From NCBI GenBank assembly GCA_965261595.1, contig CBDHDG010000003.1, forward strand, positions 96,001 to 160,000: 64,000 bases of DNA, in the 5' to 3' direction. The position numbers were made by a program, and so were the translations under genes. This DNA comes from a bacterium. GTDB lineage: Bacteria; UBA8248; JACPRG01; G963555815. Numbering within the stretch: the first letter of the stretch is position 1; each line of letters opens with the position of its first letter. Shown one piece after another: positions 18,464 to 30,258 of the stretch. A model generated the notes under the pieces. It saw only the letters and a list, made by a program, of their open reading frames with translations. It did not search any database and had not been told where the DNA came from.

Positions 18464-19507
18464 TCAGGATTTCAAGCAAACCTCGATCTCCCGGAGGGCT
18501 TGGCCGATGTCTTCATCGCTGATGTCCAGGTGCGTCAGGGCGCGGAACCGGGTTTCGCCGAGGACGCTCACGAGGACGCCCCTTTCCTTGAGCGCCGCCG
18601 CCAGGGCCCGGGCCGTTCGGCCCGTCCCCGCGATGTCGAAGACGACGATGTTCGTCGGCGTGATTCCGAAGGGGAGCGTCACGCCGGGGATCGCCGCCAG
18701 ACCCTCCGCCAGCCGCGCGGCCCGGGCATGGTCCTCCGGCAGCCGATCGACGTTGTGCTTCAGGGCATAGCGTCCCGCCGCCGCCATGATCCCCGCTTGG
18801 CGCATGCCGCCGCCGAAAACCTGGCGGTAACGCCTCGCTTCCTCGATCAGGTCTTTCGGCCCCGCCACCAGCGAGCCGAAGGGCGCGCCGAGGCCCTTGG
18901 ACAGGCAGAAGGAAAGGGTGCTTGCGGGCCGGGCAATCTCCGCGACGGGCGTGTCGGAGGCCGCGCCGGCGTTGAAGACGCGGGCGCCGTCCATGTGGAG
19001 GGGAACGTGATTGTCCCGGGCGACGTCCCGGATGGCGCGGAGGGAATCCATCGGATAGACGTCCCCGCCGCCGCGGTTGTGCGTGTTCTCGACGCAGATG
19101 AGACCCGTGCGCGCGCGGGGAAGGGTGGGCGGCTGGACGGCGGCCTCGACCTGATCCGCCGAGAGGAGCCCCCCCTCGGTTTGGACGGGCCTGCACTGGA
19201 CGCCGGAGAGGGCCGCGGCGCCGCCCGCCTCGTAGTTGTAGATGTGAGACGTGGCGTCGGCGATTAATTCGTCGCCCGGCCGGGTGTGGATCCGGACGGC
19301 GATCTGGTTCGCCATCGTCCCGGAGGTGACGAACAGGGCGGCCTCTTTGCCGGTGATCTCGGCCGCCTCGGCCTCGAGGGCGTTGACCGTGGGGTCCTCG
19401 CGATAGGCGTCGTCGCCGACTTCGGCCTCGGCCATCGCACGCCGCATCCCGGGGGACGGGCGGGTCAGCGTGTCGCTTCGAATGTCGATGGGTTTCTGCG
19501 CGCTCAC
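18464..19507 (-). CDS. ltaE: Low-specificity L-threonine aldolase
   Basis: [38 protein letters not shown] and [10 protein letters not shown]. Confidence 0.95.
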   Translation of the reverse strand: MSAQKPIDIRSDTLTRPSPGMRRAMAEAEVGDDAYREDPTVNALEAEAAEITGKEAALFVTSGTMANQIAVRIHTRPGDELIADATSHIYNYEAGGAAALSGVQCRPVQTEGGLLSADQVEAAVQPPTLPRARTGLICVENTHNRGGGDVYPMDSLRAIRDVARDNHVPLHMDGARVFNAGAASDTPVAEIARPASTLSFCLSKGLGAPFGSLVAGPKDLIEEARRYRQVFGGGMRQAGIMAAAGRYALKHNVDRLPEDHARAARLAEGLAAIPGVTLPFGITPTNIVVFDIAGTGRTARALAAALKERGVLVSVLGETRFRALTHLDISDEDIGQALREIEVCLKS

Positions 19508-19511
19508 GGGG

Positions 19512-20498
19512 TCAGTCCTTGAAAAGAGGGAAAAAGTGTTTGGCGATGAGATCGATCTGTTCCGGTTCGGTGGACGTGGGATGGATGATGAGGTGCTGAA
19601 GGCCCACCCCCTTCAAGTCCGCGATCGTCTCGCACATGTCCTCGATCGTCCCGGTCAGGTAGCAGGCCTGAAGGTGGTCCCAGTCCCGGTGGGTTCCCAT
19701 CGCGAATTCAAAATGGGGCCGCTGGATCTCCAGGCACTTGCCGCGATCGCCCGACTCGACGATATGGGTGAACTGGACGTGGGCCAGTTGGAGGGTCTTG
19801 GGGTCCCGTCCGACGGAGGCCACATGCGCCTGGGCCGCCGCCAAGTCCCGCTTGACCCAATCCTTGTAGCCGGTGTTCCGGACGACGAAGACATCCGCCT
19901 TGGCGATGCGCCGCAGGACGCTCTTGGCGATGGTCGTCTTGTCGGGCGAGAGGTCGGTGCGGACCCGGGAGCCTCCCGCCACCCACACCTCCGGCATTTT
20001 CGGAGGGAGGGGATCGATCCGGACGTCTTTGAACCGGTAATGCTTCCCCTCGTAAGAGGCGCTCTCGTGCGTCAGGAGGATCCGGACGGCGTCGAGGATC
20101 TCATCCGTCCGTGCGCCCCGCTCGGAGATGTGCGTTCCCGTCACCTCGAACTCGCGCTCGTACCAGCCGGGGCCGATGCCGAAGACGAACCGCCCGCCCG
20201 AGAGGAAGTCCATCGTGGCGATCTCTTTGGCGAGCAGGACGGGGTTGCGCAGGGGGAGCACCAGGATGGCGGTCCCGATCCGGATGCGCTTCGTCACCGC
20301 CGCCACGTGGGAAAGGACGGACATGGGCTCGAGCCAGGAGATGCCGTAGAGACCGGGCGCGTAGAGGAGGTGGTCGATGACCCAGACCCCGTCGAACCCC
20401 AGGTCCTCGGCCTTCCGGGCGTATTCGCGGATTCCTTCCGCCTCCGAGTAGTCCATCTTGTGGCGGGAAAAGGATGGAATCCATGCGCCGAATTTCAT
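19512..20498 (-). CDS. LLM-class flavin-dependent oxidoreductase
   Basis: [50 protein letters not shown]. Confidence 0.92.
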   Translation of the reverse strand: MKFGAWIPSFSRHKMDYSEAEGIREYARKAEDLGFDGVWVIDHLLYAPGLYGISWLEPMSVLSHVAAVTKRIRIGTAILVLPLRNPVLLAKEIATMDFLSGGRFVFGIGPGWYEREFEVTGTHISERGARTDEILDAVRILLTHESASYEGKHYRFKDVRIDPLPPKMPEVWVAGGSRVRTDLSPDKTTIAKSVLRRIAKADVFVVRNTGYKDWVKRDLAAAQAHVASVGRDPKTLQLAHVQFTHIVESGDRGKCLEIQRPHFEFAMGTHRDWDHLQACYLTGTIEDMCETIADLKGVGLQHLIIHPTSTEPEQIDLIAKHFFPLFKD

Positions 20499-20689
20499 GT
20501 TGCGATTCCTTGGCGGGGTGACGCGGTTCTCTTTGCAAGGATCGGGAATGAACGACTGGTGAGACCTGTCTCACGCCGGATTATTGCCCAGCCGTTGAGC
20601 GGCTGTCCACTCGATATCGGGCCGGGCAAGGCGCCGCGCCTGGTGGAAGACAAGATGTCCGCCCGCTGTGTTGAAGGAAGGCATGCGCA

Positions 20690-21700
20690 TCAGTTGTCGG
20701 CAGGGCGGGCATCCCGGCCGCCATCCGCGGCGGGAGACGAATCTCGATCCACGAACATCGACAGGCGGTAACGGTCCCGCTCCTTGAGCCACAGGAGGAG
20801 TTTTTCGTCGCGCTCCCGCAGAAGGTCCCGGCGCGAATGCCCCGCGTAATCGTAAAACCCCTTGCCCGACTTGAGGCCGAGGTCTCCGCTGTCCACCATG
20901 TCCGACACCACCGGCGGCACTTCCTTCGCGGCCGAGATCTCCGGGAACATGCTCTCCCAGACGAGCCGGAAGGTGTCCAGCCCGCCGAAGTCCGGCACCT
21001 GCATCGGGTCCAGGATGGGAAAGCGCAGGGAGAGGCCCTCGCGCATGACCGCGTCGATCCCTTCGGCGTCGGTGACGCCGTCCTGGATGAGCGAGACGCA
21101 CTCCCGGTAGAGCGCCGAGGCCAGCCGCACGCCGATGAAGCCGGGGATGCATTTCCGGATGAGCACCGGGGCGCCGCCGAGGGCTTTCAGGATGGCCATC
21201 ATCGCGTCCGCCGTCTCTTTCCCCGTTTCGGGGCCGAGGACGACCTCGACCAGGGGGACGAGGTAGGGCGGGTTCCAGAAGTGGGCGATGATGAGGCGGC
21301 GGGGACCGGGAAAGTCGGGCGCGATTTCGAAGATGTTCAGCCCCGACGTGGTGCTGGCCACCAGGGCCTCCTCCGGGGCGGATTTTCCGATCTCCCGGTA
21401 GACCTCCCGTTTCGCGTCGGGGGATTCGGGGATGGCCTCGAAGACCAAGTCCGTCCGCGCGAGGCCTTCGGAGAGGTCCGTCGTCGCGGAGATCCGGCCG
21501 AGGACGGCCGCCACGCCGTCGCCGGGTCCCGCGCCGTGTCGCGACAAGAGCGAGAGGTTATTTTCAATCTGCGTCCGGGCGCGGTCGAGGGATTCCCGCT
21601 TCCGGGCGATCAGGACCGCCTCCCACCCGTGGTGGGCGAAAAGCTGGGCGATGCCGTGCCCCATCGTTCCGGCGCCCACAACGGCGAGCCGCTGGCTCAA
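20690..21700 (-). CDS. 3-hydroxyacyl-CoA dehydrogenase family protein
   Basis: GAGTMGHGIA, EAIPE, HFWNPPYLVPLVEVV and LGLKSGKGFYDY. Confidence 0.92.
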   Translation of the reverse strand: MSQRLAVVGAGTMGHGIAQLFAHHGWEAVLIARKRESLDRARTQIENNLSLLSRHGAGPGDGVAAVLGRISATTDLSEGLARTDLVFEAIPESPDAKREVYREIGKSAPEEALVASTTSGLNIFEIAPDFPGPRRLIIAHFWNPPYLVPLVEVVLGPETGKETADAMMAILKALGGAPVLIRKCIPGFIGVRLASALYRECVSLIQDGVTDAEGIDAVMREGLSLRFPILDPMQVPDFGGLDTFRLVWESMFPEISAAKEVPPVVSDMVDSGDLGLKSGKGFYDYAGHSRRDLLRERDEKLLLWLKERDRYRLSMFVDRDSSPAADGGRDARPADN

Positions 21701-21857
21701 GGGCTGGCCTCCTCATCCATATTCATCGTTTTATGAATAGGTGGAATGAATCCAACAGGTTTCTTTTAGACCTGTTCGAGTTTCCCTGTTGGATGTACGT
21801 AAACAGCTCTCCCTCGGGGGGGAAGGCCAAGCCGCTTTCAAGTGACCCCCGCGTGGG

Positions 21858-22475
21858 CTACTCCTTTACCAGATGACTGGGTATCTGCTGCTCGGGCGGG
21901 GTGAGGACTTTCACGCCCGTGATTTTCTCGATGTGCCGGACAAACTCAAACTTCATCTCGACCCCGCTCATATCCAGGGAGGGCACCTTCTTCGCCCCGA
22001 TTTCCGTCTTCGCGACGATGAAGTCGCATGCGAGCCCCTTCAGTGCCTCAACCAGGGATTTCTCGAACGCCTCCAGCGTCTGGACGGCCACCGCCTTCTC
22101 CACGCCCGCGCCCCGAGCCATCGCCGCGAAGTCCGTATTGCCGGAGCTCGCGGAGGGCTGTGCTCCAGTGCTCTCGTAGACCTCGTTGTCGAAAGCGATG
22201 ATCGTGAGGTTCGGCGGCTGTAGGTTTCCGATGTCGGTGAGGACGCCCAGGTTCATCAGAAGGCCGCCGTCGGTGTCCAGGCCGATGACGCTGCATTGGG
22301 GAAGGGCCTTCGCGAGTCCCAGGGCCAGCCCGGCGACGCCGCCGACGGGGGCGTCCAGGCTTGCGGGACCGGGGTGTAGGGAGTCCCATTCGTGGCCGGT
22401 GCCCCCGCCCGTATGGATGACGAGGGCGTCTCCGACATGGCGCGACAGAACCTCGAGGCATTCATATCGGTTCAC
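21858..22475 (-). CDS. TPP-dependent decarboxylase beta subunit (ComE/sulfopyruvate- or phosphonopyruvate-decarboxylase-like)
   Basis: DTDGGLLMNLG...FDNEVYESTG.Q TPP-binding motif; GTG start overlaps the alpha-subunit stop. Confidence 0.8.
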   Translation of the reverse strand: MNRYECLEVLSRHVGDALVIHTGGGTGHEWDSLHPGPASLDAPVGGVAGLALGLAKALPQCSVIGLDTDGGLLMNLGVLTDIGNLQPPNLTIIAFDNEVYESTGAQPSASSGNTDFAAMARGAGVEKAVAVQTLEAFEKSLVEALKGLACDFIVAKTEIGAKKVPSLDMSGVEMKFEFVRHIEKITGVKVLTPPEQQIPSHLVKE

Positions 22476-22969
22476 CAGATATCTCCCGAAAGGATGAGGG
22501 CCACGGGGAACAGGGATGCCTGAAGGGTCTTCCGCGCCTTCAGAAAGGCCCCCGGGATGTCCTCCGGACGTTCCATTTTGAAGTACGGGATCCGCAGGGC
22601 GTTCAACATCGGCTCCATGGTCACCCCGTGGTTGATGGCCCACCAGTTTCCGTCCCCCATGAGGCCCCGGTGGCTCATCAGGAACATGACGGGTATCCCG
22701 AAGGAGATGCCGAGTCGGGCCAGGTATTCGCTGGCCACCCGGAGGCCGGAGTTCTCCATCATCATCAGGGGGCGCTTGCCCCCGAGCCACGCCCCGCCGC
22801 AGATGCAGGTCGCCACCGCTTCATTGCCCGCCGTGTGCAGCTCGATGTCGGGGTCTTCGCGGATCAGGAAATAGAGATCGCGCAGGCGGGAGTCGGGGAC
22901 GGTGACGACGAAGTCGATTCCGGCGGCCTTGATGTCATCTAAAAGCGCTTTTGCGACGGCCTTGTCCAT
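22472..22969 (-). CDS. TPP-dependent decarboxylase alpha subunit (ComD-like)
   Basis: GIDFVVTVPD, NE..A..ICGGAWLGGKRP.MMMENSG and SHRG. Confidence 0.82.
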   Translation of the reverse strand: MDKAVAKALLDDIKAAGIDFVVTVPDSRLRDLYFLIREDPDIELHTAGNEAVATCICGGAWLGGKRPLMMMENSGLRVASEYLARLGISFGIPVMFLMSHRGLMGDGNWWAINHGVTMEPMLNALRIPYFKMERPEDIPGAFLKARKTLQASLFPVALILSGDIW

Positions 22970-23151
22970 GGAAAATTCTCCCACATGGTCAGGGTTTCAG
23001 CCCAGCGGACGGCCCAACCCCTTCATTCTTGAATTGGAGTTCAGTGGGCGAATAATACGAAATTCGTGATTTCATGTCAATTGTGATCGGTATTTGGAGG
23101 AGCCTGTTCAGATGAATATGACCCGCTTGGGGCCTGGGAGGAAGCGGTGGT

Positions 23152-23916
23152 TCAGGATTTCGGTTCGGCGTCCATATGCCGGCGGAACCAGTCCACGATG
23201 AGGCCGGCGCACTCCTCCACGTCCTCATCCTCGGAAAACCGGTGGTCGGCGCCGCCGATGACGTGGATGGATTTCTTGCCCCCCGCGGCGTGGAAGAGGT
23301 CCATGGCCTCTTTCACGGGGATGAGCTCGTCCGCCTCCCCGTGGATGAGGAGGATGGCCGCCCGGGTCGTGGAGACGGCCCCCAGGACGTCCTGCCGCTT
23401 CGAGTCCTCGATCAGACCGAGGCCGATGTTTCCCAGGGGGGTGTCGATGAAGCCCCGCTTCCGGTGAACGGTTTCCGATTCGGGGCTGAAATCGCCCGGC
23501 CGGGCGAGGGAGGCCATGAGGACCATCGCGGACACGTCGGGGTTCCGGGCGGCGTACAGGGCCGCGACGGCGCTGCCCATGCTGGAGCCGATCAGGCCAA
23601 GCGGCCCGTTCGTGTGGGTCCGCATGAATGAGACGGCGGACGCCAAGTCTTCCACTTCTCCGGAAATGGTCATGTCCTCGAGCTTGCCTTCGGACTCTCC
23701 CACGAAGGAAAAATCGAACCGCAGGACGAGGAACCCCTCGGCCGTGAGCCGCCGGGCGAACCGCTCGTGCTTCTGGCTGTCCTTGTTGGAGAGCATCCCG
23801 TGGCAGACGAGGATGCCGGGCGGGGCCGGTGAATCCATCGCCGGGGAGGCGTCCAGCCATCCGGCAATCCGCTGACCTTTTGCGTTAGGGAAAAAAACCC
23901 TTTTGGATTGCGTCAT
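23152..23916 (-). CDS. Alpha/beta hydrolase
   Basis: CHG, LRFDFS..GESEG, GSSMG nucleophile elbow, HG..D and GADH. Confidence 0.9.
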   Translation of the reverse strand: MTQSKRVFFPNAKGQRIAGWLDASPAMDSPAPPGILVCHGMLSNKDSQKHERFARRLTAEGFLVLRFDFSFVGESEGKLEDMTISGEVEDLASAVSFMRTHTNGPLGLIGSSMGSAVAALYAARNPDVSAMVLMASLARPGDFSPESETVHRKRGFIDTPLGNIGLGLIEDSKRQDVLGAVSTTRAAILLIHGEADELIPVKEAMDLFHAAGGKKSIHVIGGADHRFSEDEDVEECAGLIVDWFRRHMDAEPKS

Positions 23917-24160
23917 CGAATTCGGCCTCGGATTCGTGGGTTTGGTTGCATTTTATCATGGTGTTTCCGAAGGGATTCGGCTGTCCGGCCTTTCTCCCGG
24001 GTGCACCGGCCCGTTGCGTGGGGATTGAATGGGTCCCATCTGTGTTTCAGGTTGTGATTGTCTTGATTTCATGGCAGAATCGCGGCAATTAGAAGAATTG
24101 GATATTTTGCATCCGTTGGCAGGATTTTCTGAAACCCCCTAGGTTCCAGAGGCGCTTCCC

Positions 24161-25444
24161 GTGATTCGCAGACTCGGCATCTCCCCGCGAGGCTGGATGA
24201 TCATCGCCGCCGGTTTCACCCTGATGGGCCTTGGGACCGGGGCCAGCTTCACCATCGGTGTGTTTCTGAAGCCCCTGGCGCAGGATTTCGGATGGTCGCG
24301 TTCAGAGATCTCCCTGGCGTACTCCCTCAACATGCTGGTCCTGGGGGCCTGCTCTTTCATCATGGGGAGCCTGTCGGACCGCTGGGGGGCCGCGCGCGTC
24401 CTCCTCGTCGGCTCGCTGATTATGGCCCTTGGGATGTACCTGAACAGCCACATTTCGGCCGTCTGGCAGTTCTACTTGTTCTACGGTTTCCTGCTCGGAG
24501 TGGGAAAGGCGTCCTATCATGCCCCGCTGATGTCCTATATCGCGCGGATTTTCAACAAGAAAAGGGGGTTGGCCGTAGGGCTGATTTTCGCGGGGACGGG
24601 CATCGGGCTGTTCGCCCTGGCCCCGCTCACCCGTTATCTCATCTCCAGTTATGGTTGGCGGCTCACGTTCGTGATTCTGGCGTCGGGATTTATCGTCCTG
24701 GCCCTCCCGGCCATCTGGGTGTTCCGCGAGAAGACAGGGCAAGTCGTAGAACGCGGCGAAGAGATGAGCCCGAACGGTTCCTCGGACGGCGCGCCGGCCG
24801 AATTGGCGCCGCCCGAGAGGTTCCATTGGAAGAACCGGACCTACTGGACCCTTTGCGGTTTGCATTATTTCGACTGCATCTGCCACTCGGTGCCGTTGGT
24901 GCACGTTGTGGCCTATGCAACGGACAAGAACATGACGCCCGCGCAGGGCGCGGGGATCCTGGGCCTCGTGGGGTTGTCGGCCATTGCCGGGCGTGTGACT
25001 ATCCCGGCCCTGACGGACAGGATGGGGTCCCGAAATGGTCTGATGCTGACCCTGTTTCTCCAGACGGGCATGATTCCATCTCTGATGATTTCCAACTCAT
25101 TGACCATGTTTTACATCTTCGCCGTTGTCTTCGGATTCGGGTGGGGAGGCAACAGCCCCATGTATCCCCTGTTGACGCGGGAGTACTTCGGGCCAAAGCG
25201 GTTGGGCGCCATCTACGGGGGGACCGTCGTGGCGGCGAGCCTGGGGATGGGCGCGGGCGGTTACATGGGCGGTCTGTTGTTCGACATTTCCGGGACGTAT
25301 CAGTACTCGCTGCTCTTCAGCCTGACGGCGGGGCTGATTTCCATCGCCCTCATTCCGTTTCTAAAACCCATTCGCAAGCGCAAGGAGCGCGCGCGTGCCC
25401 TCTATCCCGCCCACGCTTCCATCCCCGCGGCGGTGGATGTGTAG
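24161..25444 (+). CDS. MFS transporter (OFA/MCT-like)
   Basis: 12-TM pattern, GSLSDRWGAARV, KKRGLAVG and EYFG...LGAIYG. Confidence 0.9.
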   Translation: MIRRLGISPRGWMIIAAGFTLMGLGTGASFTIGVFLKPLAQDFGWSRSEISLAYSLNMLVLGACSFIMGSLSDRWGAARVLLVGSLIMALGMYLNSHISAVWQFYLFYGFLLGVGKASYHAPLMSYIARIFNKKRGLAVGLIFAGTGIGLFALAPLTRYLISSYGWRLTFVILASGFIVLALPAIWVFREKTGQVVERGEEMSPNGSSDGAPAELAPPERFHWKNRTYWTLCGLHYFDCICHSVPLVHVVAYATDKNMTPAQGAGILGLVGLSAIAGRVTIPALTDRMGSRNGLMLTLFLQTGMIPSLMISNSLTMFYIFAVVFGFGWGGNSPMYPLLTREYFGPKRLGAIYGGTVVAASLGMGAGGYMGGLLFDISGTYQYSLLFSLTAGLISIALIPFLKPIRKRKERARALYPAHASIPAAVDV

Positions 25445-25546
25445 CCTCCGGAGTCTGAGAGGTTGGGGCGTCTCATCCGGATTTTCCGGAACACCGGCTG
25501 ACGCCGTCCGGCCGCCTTCGAAACCCGGTTTATCGCCCCCCCCCCC

Positions 25547-26356
25547 CTACCAGGCCAACCAGCCTCCGTCCACGGGAAGGATGTGGCCCGTGACCAGACA
25601 GGAGGCTTCGGAAGCCAGGAAGATGGCCGTTCCCTTGAGCTCTTCCGGCATGCCGATCCGCTGAAGGGGCATGCGCTCATTGATGTGGGCCTGAAAGGCC
25701 TCTCCCCAGAGCGGTTTGTCGCTCCCGCCCCCGATATCCGTTTTGAAGATGCCGGGAGCGATGCTGTTCACGCGGATGCCGTCGCGCGCCCACTCCACGG
25801 CCAGCTGCCGGGTCAGGTTGGCCACGCCCGCCTTGGCGGAGCCGTAGGCCGCCGCCGGAAAACTGGGCCCCGCCGCCAGCCCCAAGACCGAGCTGATGTT
25901 GATGATGCTCCCGCCCCCCCGGGCCTTGATGTGGGGATGGGCGGCTTGGCAGCCCCAGAACACGCCGTCCAGATTGATGGACATGAGGGTTCGCCAATGC
26001 TTGACGGGGATGTCCTGGGCCGCAAAGGGTCCGCCGTGGGCGCTGGTCCCGACGCCGGCGTTGTTGATCAGGATGTCGATCCCGCCCAGGGCGCCGGCAA
26101 TCTCATTCATCATCGAAAAGATCCCGTCCCGATCCGCGACATCCACTTCGCGGAAATGGGCCTTGCGGCCTTGGTCTTTCAGGGACGCGACGCTTTTCTC
26201 GCCCTCCTCTCCCAGCCGGTCCGCCAGGACGACCTCGGCCCCCGTTTCGGCCAGGCCGGCGGCCATCGCCAGCCCAAGCCCCCTCGCCGCCCCCGTCACG
26301 ACGGCTATCTTGCCCTTCAGGCTGAACATTTCCGGAAAGGATTGTGGTGCGGCCAT
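25547..26356 (-). CDS. SDR family oxidoreductase
   Basis: TGAARGLG, NNAG, YGSAK (YxxxK) and VDGG motifs. Confidence 0.93.
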   Translation of the reverse strand: MAAPQSFPEMFSLKGKIAVVTGAARGLGLAMAAGLAETGAEVVLADRLGEEGEKSVASLKDQGRKAHFREVDVADRDGIFSMMNEIAGALGGIDILINNAGVGTSAHGGPFAAQDIPVKHWRTLMSINLDGVFWGCQAAHPHIKARGGGSIINISSVLGLAAGPSFPAAAYGSAKAGVANLTRQLAVEWARDGIRVNSIAPGIFKTDIGGGSDKPLWGEAFQAHINERMPLQRIGMPEELKGTAIFLASEASCLVTGHILPVDGGWLAW

Positions 26357-26450
26357 GCGGGATTCCTTCCTCATCACAGGAGCGGCTTGTCGATGAGGTT
26401 GCGTTTGCAAACCCGATCCACCCATATGCCCGGCGGGTCTCGCGGATTGT

Positions 26451-27074
26451 CTAAATCCCGGGTTCTCCGAACTTGCTTTCCAGCTCCGAGAAGACCGATT
26501 CGAGTGGAATGCCCTCCGAGGCCAGGAACATCAGAACGTGGAATAAGAGGTTCGCGATCTCCTTTGCGGCCCTCGGCGTTTCTTCCCGCGTCGCCGCGGA
26601 AACCATTTCCGCACTGGCCGCGCCCAGCTTTTCGATGATCTTCTTTTTCCCCGCGCTCAATGAGGACTGGACAGAGGATTCGCTGTCTCCCCCGTCCTTT
26701 TCCAACCCCTCTTTTCCCGCGACGATCAAGTCGAAAGCGCGCCGCAGGATGCCGTCTTTGAACCAGTTGCCCATCGAGCCGGACTCTTCGATCTCTCCCT
26801 CGGCGGAGTTCAAGAAGCAGCTCGGGCGCATGGTGTGGCAGGCCACCCCTTCCTGATCGATCTAAACGATCAGGGCATTCCAGACGCAGTTGAAGTGCAG
26901 GGCCTTCACATGCTGGAGGTGGCCCGAGGTCTCCCCTTTTTTTCATAATTCGTTTCTGGACCGGCTGAAGTAGTGGACGATTCCGGTTTTCAGCATTCAT
27001 GTAGGCAATCATGCGAACTTGGCCCGTGCTGTCGTCCTGGGCCACGGCCGGTAAAAACCCGCGCTCATTATAGC
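26451..27074 (-). pseudogene. hisIE: Degraded bifunctional hisIE; 5' end cut by IS1380, with internal frameshifts
   Basis: GFLPAVAQDDSTGQVRMIAYMN (HisI N-term), ACHT...SCF and KKIIEKLG...EIANLLFHVLM (HisE) lie in different frames. Confidence 0.8.
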
Positions 27075-28165
27075 CCGCATTTCCCATATGGATGATAATT
27101 TTTGACGCTCCGAAGGCCGTTTTCTCGTGTAAAATCAAGGTGTTGTCCTCCCCCTGCCACCTTCTCGCGGGGGAACCCTATGGGTGAAGCCAAGAACAGC
27201 GCTTTGAGGCTCAGTTTTGACCGTCGTCTCAGGCTGGAGTTTCATGGAGCCAAGGTCACGAGTGACGCCGGTTTGCTTGCCTATCGTGAGCTGGATGATG
27301 TGTTGGGGTTGACGAAGGCGGCCGAGGGGTTCCTTTCCGATTCACGGACGGGCAGGAACACCCGGCACAGTCTGACCGCTTTGCTGCGTCAGTCGGTTTA
27401 CAGCCGTCTCACTGGCTACAAGGACACCAACGATGCCGAGCGGCTCTGTGTCGATCCCGCCATGCGTCAGGTGGTTGGGGGTCGAGCGACGGACCACACC
27501 GCTGCCTCCACCAGCCAGATGAGTCGATTCGAGACGCAGACCCTCACCCAGCCTCACAACCTCAAGGCGCTGATGGATCTTCCCGGTGTGTTGGTGGATC
27601 GGGTCCGTAAACACAAGCTGATTCTCGACATGGACAGTTCGGTCAGTCCGACCCACGGCGAGCAGGAGGGCGCTTCCTACAATGGCCACTTCGGCTGCAC
27701 CTGCTATCACCCACTGTTTTGCTTCAACCAGTTTGGCGATCTGGAGCGGGCGCTGTTGCGCAACGGCAAGGTCCACAGCGCTGATCACTGGCGGTCTGTG
27801 TTGGAGCCGGTGGTCGCACGCTACCGCCACAAGAACATCATCCGGCGTCTCGTCCGGGGCGACGCGCATTTGCCAAGCCGGAGGTGTACCGATACCTTGA
27901 AGCGGAGGGCTACTCGTATGTGATTCGGCTTCCGGCCAACGCCATCTTGTACAGGGATATCGATTACCTTCTGACCCGGCCGGTGGGCCGACCGCCCAAA
28001 AGGCCCATTGTCTTCTACCACAGCGTTTCCTATCAAGCGGCGAGTTGGGAGAAGCCGCGCCGGGTGGTATTGAAGATCGAGTGGCGGCAGGGGCAGTTGT
28101 TTCCTGAAGTGAGCTTCATCGTGACGGACTTGCGCTGGCGGGAAGAGAATGTCGTGAGGTTCAAC
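27075..28165 (+). mobile_element. IS1380-family element, frameshifted and 3'-truncated by IS3
   Basis: Left end CCGCATTTCCCATATG; transposase from 27180 (FHGAKVTSDAGLLAYRELD, LDMDSS..PTHG.QEG..YNGHF, SW..PRRVV.K.EW). Confidence 0.9.
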
Positions 28166-29436
28166 TGACCCGCCCCCTAAAGTTGTACCACTTTTTGAGT
28201 TAGTCTCTTCTCCCCGATGTCCGAAAGTGTAGGGATGCCCGGAGGCATTGGTTCGATGGCCTCCGGCGCCGGGGGCCGGTAGCCCAAGGCACTATGGGGC
28301 CTTACCCAGTTGTAGAGTTGTCGCCATCTCTCCACCAACACCTTGGCCTCTGTCAGGGTGTAGAAGATCTCCCCGTTGAGCAGCTCATCGCGCAGCTTGC
28401 CGATGAAGGACTCCACATAGCCGTTCTCCCAGGGACTGCCCCGCTCGATGTAAAGCGTTCTCACCCCAAGACGGGTGAGCCACCCTCTCACCGCATTCGC
28501 CGTGAACTCCGCCCCGTTGTCCGAGCGGATATAAGCCGGCAGGCCACGCCGGACGAACAACTCGGTGAGGCGGTCCAGGACGTCCTCGGAGTTGAGTCTT
28601 CTCTCTACATCAAGGGCCAAGCACTCCCGGGTCAACTCATCCATCACAGCCAGCATCCGTAAAGGCCGCCCATCGTGCGTCCTCGCGGCCAGGAAGTCGT
28701 AGGACCACACATGATTCCGATAAGACGGACGCTTGCGAACACAAGAGCCGTCGTTCAGCCATAAACGCCCTCGCTTGGGCTGTCTCTTCGGCGCCTTCAG
28801 GCCTTCCTGGCGCCAGATCCGCTCCACCCCCTTGTGATTCACTCGCCAGCCTTCTCTTTCCAACAGAGCCGTTATCCTCCGGTAGCCGTACCGTCCGTAC
28901 TCGCTCGCCAGCTCTGTCACCCGCGCCACCAAACGGGCCTCATCGTCAGGGACCTGGGCAGAGCGCCGCTGAGTCGAGCGGGCCTGACCCAGCACCCGGC
29001 AGGCGCGACGTTCGGACACGCTCAGCTTCTCCCGCACATGCTCCATCGCCCGCCGCCGCGCAGGCGGGCTCAGAAGTTTCCCTGGGAGGCCTCCTTCAAG
29101 ATGGCGTTATCCAGGGCCTGCTCGGCCACCAGCTTCTTTAGCCGGGCGTTTTCCTGCTCCAGTGTCTTCAGTCGTTTCGCCTGGTCCAGGCGCAGGCCTC
29201 CGTACTCCCGCCGCCACCGGTAATAGGTCTGCTCGGAGATCCCCAGCGTCTTGCAGACCTGAGCCATCCTCTGCCCATTGGCCAACTCCACCTCGGCCTG
29301 ACGAAGCTTGTGGATGATCTGCTCCGCGGTGAATCGCTTCCGACTCATCATTGCCCCCTTTCTAGGCCAATCCAGTCCCGAAAGCCGTGCGAAAATCCTA
29401 ACTCTCAAACCGGACCGGTTTCAGGGGGGCAGGTCA
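28166..29436 (-). mobile_element. IS3-family element, copy A (1271 bp)
   Basis: IRs TGACCCGCCCCC and GGGGGGCAGGTCA; orfA ends in the GGGAAAC -1 slippery site; orfB at 28177..29046 (WSYDF, RSDNG.EF, PWENGYVESF). Confidence 0.95.
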
Positions 29437-30177
29437 TGGGCAGATTACTTCATCGTGGCGGAGACCTCGAATTTCTCCGTGTCTTGGGGGCTTGCCGGAG
29501 CGGCCTATTTCCGTATCACCACCCGCGGTGTGCCGACCTACGCCCCGATGAACGTCGACCGTAAGTCTCCCACGCCCCAGGGGAACCCCAACGCCATCAT
29601 CAAGATGTCCAACCTTATCCCGGAGGTCGATGAGTGGGCCGATCGGTACGAAGCAGAGAACACCTACCCCTTGGACCCAGAGGGCGGGGTGATTGAACCG
29701 AAAGTCACCATCGGCGCCATCGATGGTGGTGTGGTGACGAAGCCAAACTGGCGCCCCGCCCTTTCGAACATATATATAGATGTCCGCATTCCGCCGAATC
29801 GGACCCCGCTAGACGTGAAACGTGAACTGGAGGAGGAGGTGAAGGCCACGGGTCTTTCCGACGAGGTATTTATGTTCCTGTCGCATATGGGGTACGTGAG
29901 CCCACCAGGATACGAGGTTGTGGCCAAGGCAATCAAAGAGAATCATCAGCGGGTTTTCCAAAGCCCTGTCAATCCTCCCGGGCAGGCGGACACCAGTATG
30001 TGGAACGATTCCAACGTGTTCTGGCAAGTCGGAATGCCGGGCGTTAAGTATGGCTCGCGGCCAGCCTCTGGCCCCCGTTTTCCCGAAGCGGTCGATGTCT
30101 CGGATTTGGTCGATACGGCCAAGGTGTATGCCCTGACTTGTCTTGATATCTGTGGAGTTTCGAGCGATTCGCCGTGA
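29437..30177 (+). pseudogene. M20/ArgE-DapE family metallopeptidase, C-terminal part; 5' end lost at the IS3 boundary
   Basis: ADYFIVAE, NAIIKM, TIGAIDGG, IDVRIPP and E.V...DL...AKVY; frame starts right at the IS end. Confidence 0.75.
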
Positions 30178-30258
30178 GCCAGGATTCACGGCTGGTGACG
30201 GCTGGTCTCACCGCCACGCGGCTTCCAAAGCTTGGTTCGCTTCGAATCTCGAAAGGGT

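Noticed and set aside
25536..25548. Poly-C tracts here and near 32870 and 53330
   Set aside because: Intergenic or at gene ends, with no evident effect on a reading frame or promoter.
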